DNA from: a bacterium | Lineage (GTDB): Bacteria; Elusimicrobiota; Elusimicrobia; Elusimicrobiales; UBA9959 | DNA length: 64,000 bases | Reading direction: 5' to 3' | NCBI GenBank assembly: GCA_021786295.1 | Contig: JAJYNO010000024.1 | Location: 31,848 to 95,847, forward strand | In this document: piece by piece, positions 47,688 through 59,128 of the stretch | Numbering within the stretch: position 1 is the stretch's first letter | Layout: every line of letters begins with the position of its first letter | The notes under the pieces: model-generated | Told to the model about the DNA's origin: nothing | Database searches by the model: none | What the model saw: only the letters and a program-made list of their open reading frames with translations | Made by a program: the position numbers and the translations under genes

Positions 47688-49937
<2,250 letters not shown>

Positions 49938-49957
49938 TTAAGTCTTTTTCCTAAGGC

Positions 49958-51787
49958 TCAGAGGTCCGTCATGTAGGCTATCTCGTCGTACGGGGTGCGG
50001 TACATGGGCTGCTTCAGGCGCTTCTGGTCGAAGATATGCCCGAAGAGGCCGATGCTGCGGCCCACCACGAACAGCGCGTTGAGGCAGCCCATCTTAACGA
50101 TGTCGTCTATCTCCTGCGCCGTGAACGAGCCGGTGCTCGACAGCATGTCCACGAAGGAGATGCCGATGCAGCCGTCCACGTTGAGTATCAGATTGCCCTT
50201 CTTGGCGGTGGTCAGCTTCTCCACCTCCAGCGCGTAGTCCAGCAGCGTCGTCTTCTTGAAGTTCTTCCTGCAGAAGCCTTTAAGCTGCGTGACGCGCATG
50301 TCGGGGTTGGTCACGCTCTTCACCCTGTGGCCGATGCCGGGGACCGGGATGCCCTTCTTCTTCATGTCCTTAATGAACTGCTCGGGCGTCAGCCCGGCGT
50401 CATAGGCGCGCTTGAACTCCTGCGCCGCGCCGTCTATGGCTCCGCCGAAGCGCGGCCCTATGGTCAGCAGGCCCGAGACCAGGCTGGAGATGATGTCCTT
50501 GCCGGCGCGGGCGGTCACAATCGCGTTGTGCGCGCCGCTCACGGCCGGGCCGTGGTCCGCCGTCAGCATCAGCGCGGTCTCGAGGAACTTCCTGCCGTAT
50601 TCGGGCAGCTCGCGCTTGAACCACAGCAGGCCTATCACGCCGCCGATGCCCATGTTGCTGGAAAGCACCTTGGAGATCGGGATGTTCAGGTACTCGAGCT
50701 CTTCCTTCTTCTCGTTGGAGATGGTGTTGATGAAGGTGGTGGCCTTGCGGATCTTGCCTTCTTTCAGCGCCTGGGCGAAGTCCATCGGCAGGGCGGGGGC
50801 CTCCACCTCGGCGGCGGGCTTTATGACGCCCTTCTTCACCAGCTTGTTGTAGGTCTCGTTGACCAGCACGCCGTAGTCGTTGAAGGAGTCCGGCACCAGC
50901 GCGCCGGCCTCTTTCAGGGCCTGGTTCTTGGCCTGCGCGGTCTCCAGCGCGGAGCCGGCCTTGGCGCCCGCGTGGCCGAACTGCACGCCCGCGGGGAACA
51001 TGGTGGAGCAGGTGCCGGTCACCCAGATGACGAGAGGCTTAGTTATCTTACCCGCCTTCAGGGCCTCGACGATGCGCAGCTCCTCGGTGCCGCCTATCTC
51101 GCCCAGCGCCACTATCATCTTTACGGCCGGGATGGCCTCGTAGCGCAGGATATGGTCGAGCAGCGTCGAGCCGGGGTAGGCGTCGCCGCCTATCGCTATG
51201 CCCTCGTAAAGGCCGTCCGTGTTGCGGGCGATGATGTTGTAGCACTCGTTGGACAGGCCGCCGGACTTGGAGACGAAACCCACGGAGCCGGGCCTGTGCA
51301 GCTTCGACTCCACGATATTGTCGTAGGTGCCGGCGGTATTGGCTATCTTGAAGCAGCCGGCCTTGATGCCGCCGACGGTGGCGGGGCCGATGACCATCTT
51401 GTCGAGCTTCCTCGCGGTGGCGGCGAGCTGGCGCGCGCGGCGTTCCGGCACGCCTTCGGCGATGACGGCCACGGTGCGGATGTTCGGGTGGTTCAGCGCT
51501 TCCATCGAGCTGTCGAAAGCGGAGCGGAACGAGGCGAAGTTCACTACCACGTCGGCCTTGGGGTGCTTGGCGGCGGCCGTGGCGAAGTCGCCGTACATCG
51601 GCAGCAGCACCTCGCCCTTGCCGAAGAAGACCTTGTGGTAGCCTTCGCTGCCGGGGTTCACTATCGCGGCCACCGACGGGACCTTGCGCCCGCAGGCGTA
51701 GTCGAAATCCAGCATGCGCTGGATCGCGTTGACGTGGTAGCCGTAGACTATCGCGGTGGTATCCTTGGTGAAAAGCTCGGGTTTCAT
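49958..51787 (-). CDS. aclA: ATP-citrate lyase alpha subunit
   Basis: 609 aa from MKPELFTKDT. CoA-ligase domain with phospho-His loop QFGHAGAKAGS. Citrate-synthase-like C-terminus. TAATG overlap with aclB. Confidence 0.9.
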   Translation of the reverse strand: MKPELFTKDTTAIVYGYHVNAIQRMLDFDYACGRKVPSVAAIVNPGSEGYHKVFFGKGEVLLPMYGDFATAAAKHPKADVVVNFASFRSAFDSSMEALNHPNIRTVAVIAEGVPERRARQLAATARKLDKMVIGPATVGGIKAGCFKIANTAGTYDNIVESKLHRPGSVGFVSKSGGLSNECYNIIARNTDGLYEGIAIGGDAYPGSTLLDHILRYEAIPAVKMIVALGEIGGTEELRIVEALKAGKITKPLVIWVTGTCSTMFPAGVQFGHAGAKAGSALETAQAKNQALKEAGALVPDSFNDYGVLVNETYNKLVKKGVIKPAAEVEAPALPMDFAQALKEGKIRKATTFINTISNEKKEELEYLNIPISKVLSSNMGIGGVIGLLWFKRELPEYGRKFLETALMLTADHGPAVSGAHNAIVTARAGKDIISSLVSGLLTIGPRFGGAIDGAAQEFKRAYDAGLTPEQFIKDMKKKGIPVPGIGHRVKSVTNPDMRVTQLKGFCRKNFKKTTLLDYALEVEKLTTAKKGNLILNVDGCIGISFVDMLSSTGSFTAQEIDDIVKMGCLNALFVVGRSIGLFGHIFDQKRLKQPMYRTPYDEIAYMTDL

Positions 51788-53091
51788 TATTTCCTCCCTC
51801 CCGCCTTGGCCGGCTGTTTTTTGGCCGGGGCCGGTTTGAGCGCCATGGAGACCACGGCGGTCATATGCGTCTCGGGGCCGTAGACCTCTATCGGCACGCC
51901 CAGCGTCTCGCCGAGCCTGCGCATGTTGGAGAGGCCCTCCTTGTAGTTGGGGCCGCCGCGCCGCACGTAGATCTTCACTTTGTTGTCCACGAGCTGCTTC
52001 TTGTACTCGGTCAGGGCCTTGATGATGCCCTTGAAGGTCTTGGCCACGTCGGTGAAGTTGGCTATGCCGCCGCCGATGATGAGCACCTTGCCGCGGGCGT
52101 CCTTCTTGCGGGTCATCAGGTCGAGGACGGTCTTCGCGTACTGGTAGGTGTCCTCCTCGGAGGGGTCGCCGGAGTACTCGCCGTAGTTGGCCAGCTCCCT
52201 GGAGAAGCCGAGGTCGCAGACGGTGTCCGCGTAGATCACGGAGGCGCCGCCGCCGGCCACCATGTTCCAGACGCGGCCCTCGGGGTTGAGGATCGTGAGC
52301 TTGAGGCTGGCACCCGTCTTCTCGTCTATGGAGCGGATGAACATCTCCTCCTTCGTGTGCTTCTGGCCGAAGGAGGACGGGAACTCGAGGTCGCCCCAGA
52401 CCTTCGTGCACTCGAAGGCCGCGGTGTCGTCCACGCGGGCCACGAGGTCCAGCGGCACGATGTCGTCGCCGTTGAAGGTGAACGGGTTGATCTCCAGGTA
52501 GGTGAAGTGCCCTTCCGCGTATACCTTGTAGAGGGCGCGGACGAACTCCTCTATCTGCGCCTTGCGCTTGCCGAAGTCCGGCAGGTTCAGTTCCACCTCG
52601 TCTATCGAGGCCAGTATCGGGACATTGGTCTCCTTGACCTTGTCCCAGTTCTCCTCGACGTGGATGCCGCCTTTCCCGGAGAGGTATATCGTGTCGAAGT
52701 CGCGGAAGGCCTTTATGGCCACGTAGCATTCCTCGGCGTCCTCGGAGTGGGGCGTGAACGGCTCGATCAGGAAGGTGTGCAGCTCGCCGGCGGTCTTGCC
52801 CACGGTCACGGTCTTGCCCATGCGCTCGCTTATCCACTTCCACGTGTCCTGCCAGTCCTTGTTGAGGCTGAGCAGGCCGTGCTTGCCGCGTTTGCCGAAG
52901 AGCTGGTCGGGTTTGGCCACCAGCTTTTCCTTGAGCAGCCACGGGTGGTCCTTCACGAGCTTCTTCGGGTCGGTGTCGCGGCGCACCAGCGCGAGCTTCG
53001 CGGCCCTTCCCCTGAAGGACGGCAGGCTCCTGGCCAGCCCGTCGAAAAGTATCTTCTTGCCTTCGTATTCCCTGATGCCTTTCTGTGCCAT
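51787..53091 (-). CDS. aclB: ATP-citrate lyase beta subunit (ATP-grasp)
   Basis: 434 aa. MAQKGIREYEGKKIL N-terminus, succinyl-CoA-synthetase-beta-like. Confidence 0.9.
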   Translation of the reverse strand: MAQKGIREYEGKKILFDGLARSLPSFRGRAAKLALVRRDTDPKKLVKDHPWLLKEKLVAKPDQLFGKRGKHGLLSLNKDWQDTWKWISERMGKTVTVGKTAGELHTFLIEPFTPHSEDAEECYVAIKAFRDFDTIYLSGKGGIHVEENWDKVKETNVPILASIDEVELNLPDFGKRKAQIEEFVRALYKVYAEGHFTYLEINPFTFNGDDIVPLDLVARVDDTAAFECTKVWGDLEFPSSFGQKHTKEEMFIRSIDEKTGASLKLTILNPEGRVWNMVAGGGASVIYADTVCDLGFSRELANYGEYSGDPSEEDTYQYAKTVLDLMTRKKDARGKVLIIGGGIANFTDVAKTFKGIIKALTEYKKQLVDNKVKIYVRRGGPNYKEGLSNMRRLGETLGVPIEVYGPETHMTAVVSMALKPAPAKKQPAKAGGRK

Positions 53092-53092
53092 G

Positions 53093-55030
53093 TTATTTCC
53101 CCTTGTTGCCGGAGGTGGTGTGGTTCAGGAGGCCGCCCGCGGCCAGTATGGCCCGCTGGCGGTCGGAGCAGCCGCAGCCGCACTCTATCCTGTCTCCGGT
53201 GCGCTCATTCGTAACAAATATCGGCTTGCCGGCCAGGTAATCCTCCCGCCAGTTCCGGCAGGAGAGCCTGTCGCCCTTCTCTATCCTGTCGTAGTCAGCC
53301 GGGTCCTTGAAGGTCAGCGGGGCTATGCCGAAGTTGACCAGGTTGGCGGCGTGGATGCGCTCGAAAGACTTGGCGATCACGGCCTTCACGCCGAGGTACA
53401 TCGGGCACATCGCCGCGTGCTCGCGGCTCGAGCCCTGCCCGTAAGACTCGCCGGCCACTATGATGTTGTGCGACTTGCTCCGCAGGCAGCGCTCGGGGAA
53501 GGTGCTGTCCACATGCTCGAAGACGAACTCCGCGTACTTCGGCACGTTGGAGCGGTACTTGAGGCGCGCGCCGGCCGGCATGATGTGGTCGGTGGTGATC
53601 TTGTCGCCGACCTTTATCATTACCTCGCCGCCCAGGGCCTCGGGCATCTTCCCGTTCCTCGGGGGTTCGCCGATGTTGGGGCCGCGGAAAACCTCGGTCT
53701 TCTTCAGCGCGGCGGTCGGCTTGACGAACATCGTGTCGTCCGCGAGGAACTCGGACGGTTCCTTAACTTCCGGGTAGTCCATGGCGGCCTTGCGTGGGTC
53801 GGTGAACTTTCCGTTCACGGCGGCGAGCGCGGCCACCTCGGGGCTCACCAGGTAGACCTGCGCGTCCTTCGTGCCGCTGCGGGCCTCGAAGTTGCGGTTG
53901 GAGGTGCGCAGGCTGACGCCGCCGCTCTTCGGGGAGAAGTGGTTGCCTATGCAGAAGCCGCAGGCGCTCTCCATGATGCGGGCGCCGGCGCCTATCATGT
54001 CGGCGAGGGCCCCGTTGCGGGCGAGCATCTGCAGTACCTGGCGCGAGCCGGGCGCTATGGCCAGCGTCAGGCCGGGGATGACGGTCCTGCCCTTAAGAAT
54101 AGCGGCCACGGTCATCATGTCGCGGAACGAGGAGTTGGTGCAGGAGCCGATGCACACCTGGTCCACCGGCATGCCGGCCAGCTCGGAGACCTGCTTTATG
54201 TTGCCGGGGCTGTGCGGCGCCGCGGCCAGCGGTTCCAGCGAGGAGAGGTCTATATCTATGACGCGGTCGTACTCCGCGCCCTCGTCGGCCTTCAGCTCTA
54301 TCCAGTCGGCCTCGCGGTCCTGCGCCTTCAGGAACTTCTTGGTGACGGAGTCTGAGGGGAAGATGGAGCAGGTCACGCCCATCTCCGCGCCCATGTTGGC
54401 GATAGTGGCGCGCTGGGGGACGGAGAGGGTCCTGACGCCGGGGCCGCCGTACTCCAGCATCACGCCGACGTTGCCTTTCGTGGTGAGTGTTTCCAGCATC
54501 TTCAGGACCACGTCCTTGGCGGTCACCCAGGGCTTCAGCTCGCCGGTGAGGTTCACCTGGTAGACCTTCGGGCAGACGGTGTAGAAGTTGCCGCCGCCCA
54601 TCGCCACGGCCACGTCCAGGCCGCCGGCGCCGATGGCTATCTGGCCGATGCCGCCGCCCGTCGGGGTGTGGGAGTCGGAGCCGAGCAGCGTGGTCCCGGG
54701 CTTGCCGAAGCGCTCCAGGTGCACCTGGTGGCAGATGCCGTTGCCGGGCCTGGAGAAGACCACGCCGTAACGCGCGGCCACGGTGCGCAGGTAGCGGTGG
54801 TCGTCGGCGTTCTCGAAGCCGACCTGCACCGTGTTGTGGTCGACGTAGGAGACGGAGAGGTCGGTCTTTATCTCCTTGAGGCCCATCGCCTCGAACTGCA
54901 GGTAGGCCATCGTGCCGGTGGCGTCCTGCGTGAGGGTCTGGTCTATGCGGATGCCGATCTCGCTGCCTTTTACGAAGTCGCCTTCTTTGAGGTGGGCGGT
55001 AAGGATCTTTTCCACGATGTTCTGTCGCAT
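53093..55030 (-). CDS. Aconitate hydratase (about 645 aa type)
   Basis: Start at MRQNIVEKIL. IRIDQTLTQDATGT, GSDSHTPTGG, IGSCTNSS and ESCGFCIG Fe-S ligand regions. Confidence 0.9.
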   Translation of the reverse strand: MRQNIVEKILTAHLKEGDFVKGSEIGIRIDQTLTQDATGTMAYLQFEAMGLKEIKTDLSVSYVDHNTVQVGFENADDHRYLRTVAARYGVVFSRPGNGICHQVHLERFGKPGTTLLGSDSHTPTGGGIGQIAIGAGGLDVAVAMGGGNFYTVCPKVYQVNLTGELKPWVTAKDVVLKMLETLTTKGNVGVMLEYGGPGVRTLSVPQRATIANMGAEMGVTCSIFPSDSVTKKFLKAQDREADWIELKADEGAEYDRVIDIDLSSLEPLAAAPHSPGNIKQVSELAGMPVDQVCIGSCTNSSFRDMMTVAAILKGRTVIPGLTLAIAPGSRQVLQMLARNGALADMIGAGARIMESACGFCIGNHFSPKSGGVSLRTSNRNFEARSGTKDAQVYLVSPEVAALAAVNGKFTDPRKAAMDYPEVKEPSEFLADDTMFVKPTAALKKTEVFRGPNIGEPPRNGKMPEALGGEVMIKVGDKITTDHIMPAGARLKYRSNVPKYAEFVFEHVDSTFPERCLRSKSHNIIVAGESYGQGSSREHAAMCPMYLGVKAVIAKSFERIHAANLVNFGIAPLTFKDPADYDRIEKGDRLSCRNWREDYLAGKPIFVTNERTGDRIECGCGCSDRQRAILAAGGLLNHTTSGNKGK

Positions 55031-55163
55031 GAGGGGCTCCTTGGGCGGCGCCGCGGCGGAACCGCGGGCCTCGCATATATATTCTGTCAAAAAAACCCGC
55101 GCCGGCATTTGACTAAAGGCAATGTCGGCCGGATCGGGGCCCTGCCGGATTTAATAGAATAGC

Positions 55164-56216
55164 GTGATGGCCTCTTCTTCCCTGAAGCCCGATATACGGG
55201 ACTTCACCCGCCCCGAACTGGAGGCGCGGCTCGCCGCGCTGGGGGAGAAGCCGTCGCACGCCGCCGCCGTGTTCTCCCTGCTGTACCGGAAAGGGGCGGC
55301 TTCCTTCGGGGAGATGGGAGAACTGCCGCCCAGGGTGCCGGCGGCGCTGGCCGGCGCCTTCTTCCTGTCCCCGTTCAAGGCGCCGCTCAGAAGGCTCGTC
55401 TCCCGGGACGGCACGGCCCGGCTGCTTTTCGCCTTCGGCGGCGATCCGGCCGAGGCGGTGGTGCTGCCCGGCAAGGGGCGCCTCTCCGCCTGCCTCTCGT
55501 CGCAGTCCGGGTGCGCCTGCGGCTGCGCCTTCTGCGCCACAGGCCGCCTGGGGCTCGCGCGCAGCCTGGCGCCGTCGGAGATAACCGCCCAGTTCGCCGC
55601 CTGCCTGGCCGAGGCCGGCGGGCGGCTGGACAGCCTGGTCTTCATGGGCATGGGCGAGCCGTTCCTGAACTGGGAGAACGTGAAGAAGGCGATACTTATA
55701 CTTTCCGACGGCCGCGGCCACCATTTTTCGCAGGGGAAGATGACGGTCTCCACAGTGGGCGTCATTCCCGTTATAGAGGAGCTGGCCTCGTCGCCGCTCA
55801 AGGTAAAGCTGGCGGTCTCCCTGGTCACGGCCGACCCGGATCTCAGGGCCCGCCTTGTGCCGATGGAGACCCGCTACCCGGCGGCGAAGGTCATGGAGGC
55901 GGTCCGGCGCTACTGCCGGGCCAGGGGCGCGCAGGTCTTCCTCGAATACATAGTCTTCGACGGGGTAAACGACTCCCCGGAGGACGCGCGGAAGCTGCTG
56001 GCGCTGATGAAAGGCGCGGACTGCCGCCTGAACCTGATCCCCTACAATCCGCCCGGAGGCGGGGCCGGGGTAACTCCGCGCGCCAAGCTGTTCCAGAAGA
56101 CGATGATGGCGGCGGGGGTGCGCACCTACCTGAGGCTGGAGAAAGGCTCCGACATAGCCGCGGCCTGCGGCCAGCTGGCCGCCGCCGAGGCCTCCAGGCA
56201 GCCTGCCGGGGACTGA
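55164..56216 (+). CDS. rlmN: 23S rRNA/tRNA (adenine-C2) methyltransferase RlmN (radical SAM)
   Basis: 350 aa. CACGCAFC radical SAM motif. GMGEPFLNWENV. Start GTG 55164 or ATG 55167. Confidence 0.9.
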   Translation: MMASSSLKPDIRDFTRPELEARLAALGEKPSHAAAVFSLLYRKGAASFGEMGELPPRVPAALAGAFFLSPFKAPLRRLVSRDGTARLLFAFGGDPAEAVVLPGKGRLSACLSSQSGCACGCAFCATGRLGLARSLAPSEITAQFAACLAEAGGRLDSLVFMGMGEPFLNWENVKKAILILSDGRGHHFSQGKMTVSTVGVIPVIEELASSPLKVKLAVSLVTADPDLRARLVPMETRYPAAKVMEAVRRYCRARGAQVFLEYIVFDGVNDSPEDARKLLALMKGADCRLNLIPYNPPGGGAGVTPRAKLFQKTMMAAGVRTYLRLEKGSDIAAACGQLAAAEASRQPAGD

Positions 56217-56220
56217 CACG

Positions 56221-56967
56221 TTATCCTTTGACCGCCAGGCAGATCAGGCGGCTGTGCTTCTCCCGGGGCGGGGCGCCGCCGTAGCCGCTCCAGAATTTCA
56301 GCGGCTTAAGACCGGCCCGCGCGAGCGCTCCGGAAAGGCGTTTTCTGTCGTAGAGCCGGCAGAAGAAGGTCCGTGTCCGCGCCGGTCCCCCCTTCTTCGG
56401 CAGCCGTATCCAGGTGTCGTGCGCGCCGTCGGCGGTCAGCTCCGAGCCGGTCAGCAGGAAATGGTCGCCCATGTCTTCCCACCAGCGCGGCCGGAAGGAC
56501 TTCCGCACGTACTCGGCGTTCACCAGCTCTATGAGGAAAAGGCCGCCCGGCTTCAGGGCCCTTGCGACGCCTTTCAGGGTCCTCAGGTCGTCGGAGAACT
56601 TCAGGAAATAGCCGAAACTGGTGAAGAGATTGACGGCGGCGTCGAACTCTCCGCTGAACTTCAGTTCGCGCATGTCCCCGCGCGCCAGCCGCAGCGCCAC
56701 GCGCGCCTTCTTCGCCCGCGCGGCCGCTTCGCGCAGGTATTCGCCGGAGTAATCGTAGCCGGTCACGGCCAGGCCTTTTTTGGCGAACTCGACGGCGTGC
56801 CTGCCGGGCCCGCAGCAGAGGTCCAGCAGCGAGGCGCCTTTTTTTAGTTTCAGCCGCCGCATTATGAAAGCGGCCTCGGCGGCGGCCCTTCGCAAGGCCT
56901 CTCCGGAAGCGGGATTGTAGAAGGAATTCCTGAAGAAAGACTTGTGCCAGTCCGCCCGCGCCCTCAT
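56221..56967 (-). CDS. Class I SAM-dependent methyltransferase
   Basis: 248 aa from MRARADWH. SAM motif LLDLCCGPGRH. ATGA overlap with the upstream GNAT gene. Confidence 0.8.
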   Translation of the reverse strand: MRARADWHKSFFRNSFYNPASGEALRRAAAEAAFIMRRLKLKKGASLLDLCCGPGRHAVEFAKKGLAVTGYDYSGEYLREAAARAKKARVALRLARGDMRELKFSGEFDAAVNLFTSFGYFLKFSDDLRTLKGVARALKPGGLFLIELVNAEYVRKSFRPRWWEDMGDHFLLTGSELTADGAHDTWIRLPKKGGPARTRTFFCRLYDRKRLSGALARAGLKPLKFWSGYGGAPPREKHSRLICLAVKG

Positions 56968-57452
56968 TCCCGGCGCGGCCCGGCCTTGACCAGGTTCCTG
57001 TAGACGCCGGGTTCTGAGCCGTCTATGACCACGGCGCCGGCCGTTTTCCTGAAGAAATCCACCGGGCCCGCCCAGCCGATGACCGCGTAGCCGTAGCCGG
57101 CGTCCCGCATGGCCTCCAGGGCGCGCAGCAGCAGCGCCGTGCCCAGGCCGGTCTTGTGCGCGCTTTTGTCCACTCCGATGGGCCCGAAAAAGCCCTTCAG
57201 GGTGGCGTCGTAGCAGGCGAAGCCCAGCAGCTTCTTGTCCTTGACCGCCACGAAGCAGGAGACCGGCTGGGAGGACATGGCCACGTCGCACTCCGAGGCC
57301 CAGGAGCGGGAGAACTCCTTCTCCGCCCATTCCACGACCGCGTGCTTTTCCGGGCCTATCGCGCGGCGTATCTCCACGCCCGCTGCCCGCAGCTTCTCCA
57401 GGTGCGGGGCCGAAGAGGGGAGCTCATAGAGCTTTACAAGCAGGTCGGACAT
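56964..57452 (-). CDS. GNAT-family N-acetyltransferase
   Basis: 162 aa from MSDLLVKLYE. Acetyl-CoA motif HKTGLGTALLLRALEAMRDAGY. Confidence 0.8.
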   Translation of the reverse strand: MSDLLVKLYELPSSAPHLEKLRAAGVEIRRAIGPEKHAVVEWAEKEFSRSWASECDVAMSSQPVSCFVAVKDKKLLGFACYDATLKGFFGPIGVDKSAHKTGLGTALLLRALEAMRDAGYGYAVIGWAGPVDFFRKTAGAVVIDGSEPGVYRNLVKAGPRRE

Positions 57453-58165
57453 CACTGGCCTCCGTTGGGCTGCTGCCCGGCCTGGCCGGCAGGGGGCTCC
57501 TGGTAGTCCAGCGGCTTGGCCGGCTCCAGCTTCGCCGCCGCGCCCGCGGGGGCGCGAGCTCCGCTTGCGGCCCCGCCCTTTTTCCCGTAGCGGCCTTTTT
57601 TCTGCTTCCTGGTCTTCCTGACTATGGGGTTCGCGTTGCGGTCGAGCTTGTAGACGGCGGCGCCGTCCACGTCGGAGAACTTGTACGCGGAGGCCTTCTT
57701 GCGGGCGGCCTTTCCGGCCGTCTTCTTCCGGGTCCACGGCTTCCCCCGGGTCTTTTTGTGGCTGGGCCGCTCCTTCTTCTTGGCGGACGGTTTCCTTTTG
57801 TGCGCGGAAGGACCTGTTATCGGGTTCCCGTTGCGGTCGAGCTTGTAGACGGCGGCGCCGTCCACGTCGGAGAACTTGTACGCGGAGGCGGGCCCGCCGG
57901 CCTTTTTCTTTTTTTTCCGGAAGGCCTTCTTGCCGGCTCTTTTCCAGGTCTTTTTAACGGCTTTCTTCGGGGCCGGTTTTTTCTCGGGCGCCGCTTTCTG
58001 GGGTTGGGGCTTACTGTCCTTGGTCCCGCCCGGCGCCCGCTGCGAGGCCGCCGCGCCGCCGGTTCCGTCGTCCGAAAGCGTTCCCATGGTCAGTACGGCC
58101 CCCGCCCGCGGGCATAGCGCGGCGGCCAGCGACAGGGTCAGCAGCAGGGGAAAGGCGTTCCTCAT
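57452..58165 (-). CDS. Secreted, extremely Lys/Arg-rich protein with two internal repeats (function unknown)
   Basis: 237 aa from MRNAFPLLLTLSLAAALCP (signal peptide). Two copies of ASAYKFSDVDGAAVYKLDRN 65 aa apart. Overlaps the folD stop (ATGA) and the GNAT start (TGATG). Confidence 0.6.
   Translation of the reverse strand: MRNAFPLLLTLSLAAALCPRAGAVLTMGTLSDDGTGGAAASQRAPGGTKDSKPQPQKAAPEKKPAPKKAVKKTWKRAGKKAFRKKKKKAGGPASAYKFSDVDGAAVYKLDRNGNPITGPSAHKRKPSAKKKERPSHKKTRGKPWTRKKTAGKAARKKASAYKFSDVDGAAVYKLDRNANPIVRKTRKQKKGRYGKKGGAASGARAPAGAAAKLEPAKPLDYQEPPAGQAGQQPNGGQ
57634..57694. repeat. 61-bp perfect direct repeat, copy 1 (intragenic)
   Basis: Identical to 57829-57889. Spacing is 195 bp, which equals 65 codons. 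Confidence 0.9.
57829..57889. repeat. 61-bp perfect direct repeat, copy 2 (intragenic)
   Basis: Identical to 57634-57694. Confidence 0.9.
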
Positions 58166-59061
58166 GTCAGTATTATACCGCCTTTTCCGGCCTTCGGGGC
58201 CAGTTCGGCGGCCCTGACCGTGGCCTCCAGCAGGCAGGCCAGCGTGACCGGGCCCACCCCGCCGGGCACGGGGGAAACGGCCGCCGCCGTCCCCTTCAGG
58301 TCCTCGAAGTCGGCGTCGCCGCACATCCTTCCGTTCTCGTCGAAATTGGTGCCGACGTCTATCACGGCGGCCCCGGCCGGCAGCAGTTCCCTCTTGAGCC
58401 ACCTCGCCTTGCCGGCCGCCGTTATGACCAGGTCCGCCGAGCGGAAGACCCCGGCGATGTTCCCGGTGCGGGTGTGGCAGACCGTAACGGTGGCGTCCAG
58501 CGCGGTCAGCATGTGCGCCAGCGGCCTGCCCACCACCGCCGAGCGGCCGGCCACGGCTATGTTCATTCCGGCCGGGTCGATATTGTGGAAGCGCATCAGC
58601 CGGATCACGGCCAGCGCGGTGCAGGGCACGAAGAAGCCGCCGTTCTCTATCTCGGAGAACCTCTTGGAGATGAAGAGCCTGCCCATGTTCATCGTGGAGA
58701 GGCCGTCCACGTCCTTGGCGGCGGGGACCGCGTCCCAGGTTTCCAGCGTCTCGAAACCGTCCGGCAGCGGGCGCTCTATCATCAGCGCGTCGTACGCCGG
58801 GTCGGCGCCGATCCTGGCCAGCAGCGTCTTGAAGGCCGGGTAGCCCTCCTCGGGCTTCGGAGCGAAGAGTTTGACCTGGATGCCCAGCTTCTCGCAGGCG
58901 GCTATCTTGCGCTTCACGTAGACGGCCGAAGGGGAGTCCTCGAAGTAGTTCACGATGGCCAGCGAGGGGGGCCTTCCCAGGCGGGCCCTGACGGCCTCTA
59001 TACGCGGAGGCAGAGCCCCGAGGATCCCGGCAGAAAGAGTCTTTCCTTCAAGTATGCGCAT
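58162..59061 (-). CDS. folD: Bifunctional methylenetetrahydrofolate dehydrogenase/cyclohydrolase
   Basis: 299 aa. VVGRSAVVGRPLAHML and PVPGGVGPVT motifs. Confidence 0.92.
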   Translation of the reverse strand: MRILEGKTLSAGILGALPPRIEAVRARLGRPPSLAIVNYFEDSPSAVYVKRKIAACEKLGIQVKLFAPKPEEGYPAFKTLLARIGADPAYDALMIERPLPDGFETLETWDAVPAAKDVDGLSTMNMGRLFISKRFSEIENGGFFVPCTALAVIRLMRFHNIDPAGMNIAVAGRSAVVGRPLAHMLTALDATVTVCHTRTGNIAGVFRSADLVITAAGKARWLKRELLPAGAAVIDVGTNFDENGRMCGDADFEDLKGTAAAVSPVPGGVGPVTLACLLEATVRAAELAPKAGKGGIILT

Positions 59062-59072
59062 AGCGAAATGAT

Positions 59073-59103
59073 AATAAAAAAGGGCGGCTTTTTAAAGCCG
59101 CCC
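59073..59103 (-). terminator. Rho-independent terminator of the 59129-59656 gene
   Basis: Minus strand reads GGGCGGCTTT-AA-AAAGCCGCCC followed by TTTTTTATT. Confidence 0.7.
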
Positions 59104-59128
59104 TCCCGGTCCGGCCGGAGCCGCCTGG

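Noticed and set aside
49958-52942. 994-aa ORF suggesting a single fused ATP-citrate lyase
   Set aside because: The first ~385 aa are Arg/Gly/Pro-rich and overlap aclB (51787-53091) in another frame. Recognisable AclA sequence begins at MKPELF (ATG 51787), which forms a TAATG junction with aclB.
57634-57889. 61-bp direct repeats as a possible CRISPR-like or minisatellite array
   Set aside because: Only two copies exist. They are in frame within a coding sequence, 65 codons apart, and encode a duplicated peptide motif. This is not an array.
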